This document shows, in pieces, positions 60,545-64,000 of a stretch of 64,000 nucleotides of DNA. The stretch's first letter is position 1. Each line of letters opens with the position of its first letter. The position numbers and the translations under genes were made by a program. Location of the stretch: positions 10,354,001 to 10,418,000 of the forward strand of contig NC_083237.1 of assembly GCF_032191835.1 (NCBI RefSeq), in the 5' to 3' direction. Under the pieces are notes generated by a model. It ran no database searches. It was not told where the DNA came from and worked only from the letters and a program-made list of their open reading frames with translations. The DNA comes from Heteronotia binoei. Its lineage: Eukaryota.

Positions 60545-63406
60545 TTCCAATGGGGCACCAATATCTGTTTTAAAAAGAATAACAATTGGACATCTTCTTG
60601 AGTCCTGACTCCTTTGGAGCCCAGCAGCTTCTCCTATTCCCTTCCCATACATTCAATTATGAAACTCAATATCATCAGTAAAAACACATTGTATTGTCAA
60701 GAGCATGGATAAGAATATCCTTGGTTAGAGGATCTCCCTTCCATCCGAGTTCCAATCTAAAACTTTAAGTAGATAAGATATGGGAGATTAATGTTGCATT
60801 AAAAAAAAATCTCTCCTAAGGCTATTCTCTGTCAATGAATTCTGCCCATGGAAGCTTTGCATTTAATTATATATATATGGGGCAACAGTGGGAGGGCTTT
60901 TGGAATTGTGGCCCTGCTGGAGTTCTGCCTAATTACAAGACTAGCAAGACTATGAGTAAGTATTTATTGTGATGGTTCAGTTTGTATCTACTCATTCAGG
61001 ACCCTTGCCAAATGGATGAACCTGTCTTTCCTGTTTATTCTATTTTCTTTCAGAGAGCTACCATAGGCCCAAGGGGGGAAGACCATGCGGCGGGGGGGGG
61101 GGGGGGCGGCTTAGCATGCTTAATCTCAATTCGACTGTTCTCTTTTGGTAGTGAACAATTTGATTAGTGCCTTCCCTTTTAAAGTCGGATGATGGTCAAC
61201 TTTTTTTCTGTTTACATTCCCACCCCCCACCCCCAATCCACTTCTAGTCCAGAGATGAGATTGTCTGGCCAAAATTGTTGATGACTTGCAAGCCCGTTTT
61301 CTAGACACCCCTTTGGTATTAGTGAGGGACTTCAATGCAAGGATTGGCAGTGATGATTATATATTATTTCTCTAAATCACTAGGCTCGGTGACAAATTTC
61401 TTAGCCCTGCTTGACATAATAGAAAATCTAAGGATCGCTTAATAATATATCTAATTGAAAATCTTTGTCCACATCTGGAAACCATTTGCAGTGCAAAATG
61501 CAATTCACATTTCTTCTCTTTTCATTTTGTCATCACTGCAGCATCACTACGTTTAGTTTAACGCCTCACACGAACTTGCTAACATTCATTTCTAAGGGCA
61601 GACATCGTATGCGTGCATTAAAGTTCATCAAGTTGCTTCTGACTTAGGATGACCCTGTGAATCCATGACCTCCAAAGTGTCCTATCATTAACCTGTAAAT
61701 GTCCTATCATTAGCCTGTACACAGGGCTGGCCCTTTCACTAGGCAGCCCAGGGTACAGCTACAAGCCCTCGGAGGGCACTAGAATGGCCCTCTCACCTGC
61801 CCTCACCTCCGTGGCAAGGGAAATACTGGCAAAAGTGGCTGTGGGGGAGCAGTGCGCTCATTCTGCCGGCTGCATCAGATGTACACCACTCTGCGCATCA
61901 CACACACGTCAGACGCAGGGGAGCTAGGGCAGCTTCACAGCACGCTCCGCAGTGAAGGTGCACGGCTGGTCCCCACTGCTTTCGAAGGGGGCGTGGCACC
62001 CTGCCTAGGATGCTGTTCCGCCTTGAGCTGCTGCGGCCTGTAAACTGATGAAGGGGAGAGGATGGCAAAAGGTGCAGAGTGGGTGGAACGATTTTAATGT
62101 GGGTAGGGTTGTGACCTTTGAGGGGTGGCAAAAAGGGTGGGTGGGGGATATCCATGGGAACCTGGATTATCTTTGACTTAGAAGTGAAACAAGGGAAAGA
62201 TTGACACAAAAGCACTCTCAGTAAACCCATAGAAACAGTGACCAGAAAGCGAACTGAGCTAGAGTATCTGCTTGGTAAGCAGAAGGTCCCAGGTTCAATC
62301 CCCGGCATCTCCAACTAAAAAGGGTCCAGGCAAGTAGGCGTGAAAAACCTCAGCTTGAGGCCCTGGAGAGCCGCTCCAGTCAGGTGAGGGACGGTGGCTC
62401 AGTGGTAGAGCATCTGCTTGGGAAGCAGAAGGTCCCAGGTTCAATCCCCAGCATCTCCAACTAAAAAGGGTCCAGGCAAATAGGTGTGAAAAACCTCAGC
62501 TTGAGGCCCTGGAGAGCCGCTGCCAGTCTGAGTAGACAAGACTGACTTTGATATACCGAGGGTCTGCTTCAGTAGAAGGCAGCTTCATATGTTCATGTTC
62601 ATGAGCACTGAAGGGAGGAAAATCAACACAGAATGCAAAAGAAAACCTGACGAACATGCACAATGAAAGTGAGGGGAAACCTCAGTGCATAACAGGTCTT
62701 AATTGGATTAGCCAATACTAGGCACAAAAGAGATTTCACATTGCATAAAAGAATTCTAAGCAAAAGAAGACACTCTACTACATTTCAGGATTTCATTCTA
62801 TACATGCTCAGAATAAGGAATATTAGGGGCATTGGGCTATGGTGACTTTCATCAATGCTGCCCCCAGTTCCAAAACAGGAGCCCAAAATAACCTCCTCAT
62901 CTCTTGGTTACATCATTGTACTGTTTGAATTGTGGTCTCAGGCTGAGCCAATTGTCTGAACTATGGCCCTTTGTTTTAATCTCTCTGTTTTATATTTACA
63001 AGATAGTTTAATTTTGTTGATGCGCTTTATTTATTGCTATTGTAATGCTCTCAGTGCCGTAAGCCACCCTGAGCCCACCTTGCGGGGTAGGGCGGGATCT
63101 AAATCGCAAATTAAATTATAATTAAATTCAATAGTACAACATGAGTTTGGGAGGATTCTGTGTCACTTGGCCCTTTTTTTGAGCCATGATATTTCCCCCT
63201 CATGAAACAGAAATAAGGACTTTTGCTCTATTGATTTTGTAGTAGAACACATCTTTTCCAGAAGCATTTGCCATCTGCACCTGAGATTTCATCTCCCTGG
63301 TGGAATGATTTTTTTAAAAAAAGACTGAACATATTAATGCTTGTCATTTAAAAGGATAAAAAGGTATCCTTCAGAGCCTGTGAAAGCACCTGTAGCTTTA
63401 TTATGT

Positions 63407-63696
63407 GGTAAAGGTAAAGGTAGTCCCCTGTGCAAGCACCAGTCATTTCCGATTCTGGGGTGATGTCGCATCACAATGTTTTCATGGCAGACTTTTTACG
63501 GGGTGGTTTGCCATTGCCTTCCCCAATCATCTACACTTTCCCCCCAGCAAGCTGGGGACTCATTTTACTGACTTTGGAAGGATGAAAGGCTGAATCAACC
63601 TTGAGCCGGCAACCTGAACCCAGCTTCCACCAGGATCAAACTTAGATCATGAGCAGAGAGCTTGGACTGCAGTACTGCAGCTGCACCATGGGGCTC
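63407..63696 (-). mobile_element. Sauria SINE
   Basis: Same body and (ACCTTT)n tail as 42672-42969. Confidence 0.85.
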
Positions 63697-64000
63697 TTTC
63701 ATTAGGTGCTACAAACAGACAAATCCAGAAGCAGATAAAGTGACACAAATAAATTCAAATATCTTTGTAAAATTTCTGTGCTTACGCAGAAGGAGAGATG
63801 GGTGCTTTTTATTGGCTTTGGCTGATCTCCCTGTCTATCATTGTCTTCTGCTAAGTGATACATTCTAGAAAGGATTTTCCTCATTCTTTTAGTAAATATC
63901 TTAGATAGCATATGAAAATTAATTTTGAGAAAATGAAGAAGACGCCTACTCCAGGAAACAATCCAGAAACTTAAGCATGTGAGTACTGATCTTGCATTAA

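Noticed and set aside
1-64000. D, J (WGxG) or constant-region exons
   Set aside because: I found no paired 12-RSS D segments, J motifs or C1-set exons by eye; a weak one could have been missed.

Overview
This is vertebrate DNA, not microbial. Sauria-type and other tRNA-derived SINEs, CR1 and L2 LINE remnants and many hAT-type MITEs point to a squamate reptile; a gecko is my guess from the repeat content. The window is an immunoglobulin heavy-chain-type V gene array physically interleaved with class II olfactory receptor (OR) genes. Order along the window: OR, OR, pseudo-VH, VH (scrambled CDR2), VH, VH, VH, pseudo-OR, pseudo-OR, OR, VH, VH on the minus strand, then two plus-strand ORs. Every VH has a 46-bp leader exon and an octamer (exact in six, 7/8 in one) 90-142 bp upstream of its ATG. 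Five have 23-type RSSs, one of them with a 24-bp spacer. No D, J or C segment was found. The main oddities are: (1) the OR/VH intermingling itself; (2) an intact but divergent VH (45072-46200) whose only plausible RSS has a 12-bp spacer; (3) an OR clade with NPxxY replaced by SPxxF and, in the intact members, an extended C-terminal tail; (4) a VH whose CDR2 is a tandem-repeat expansion held in frame by compensating deletions. There are two N-gaps (10970-11098, 53939-54079). All family assignments come from motif reading, not database searches.
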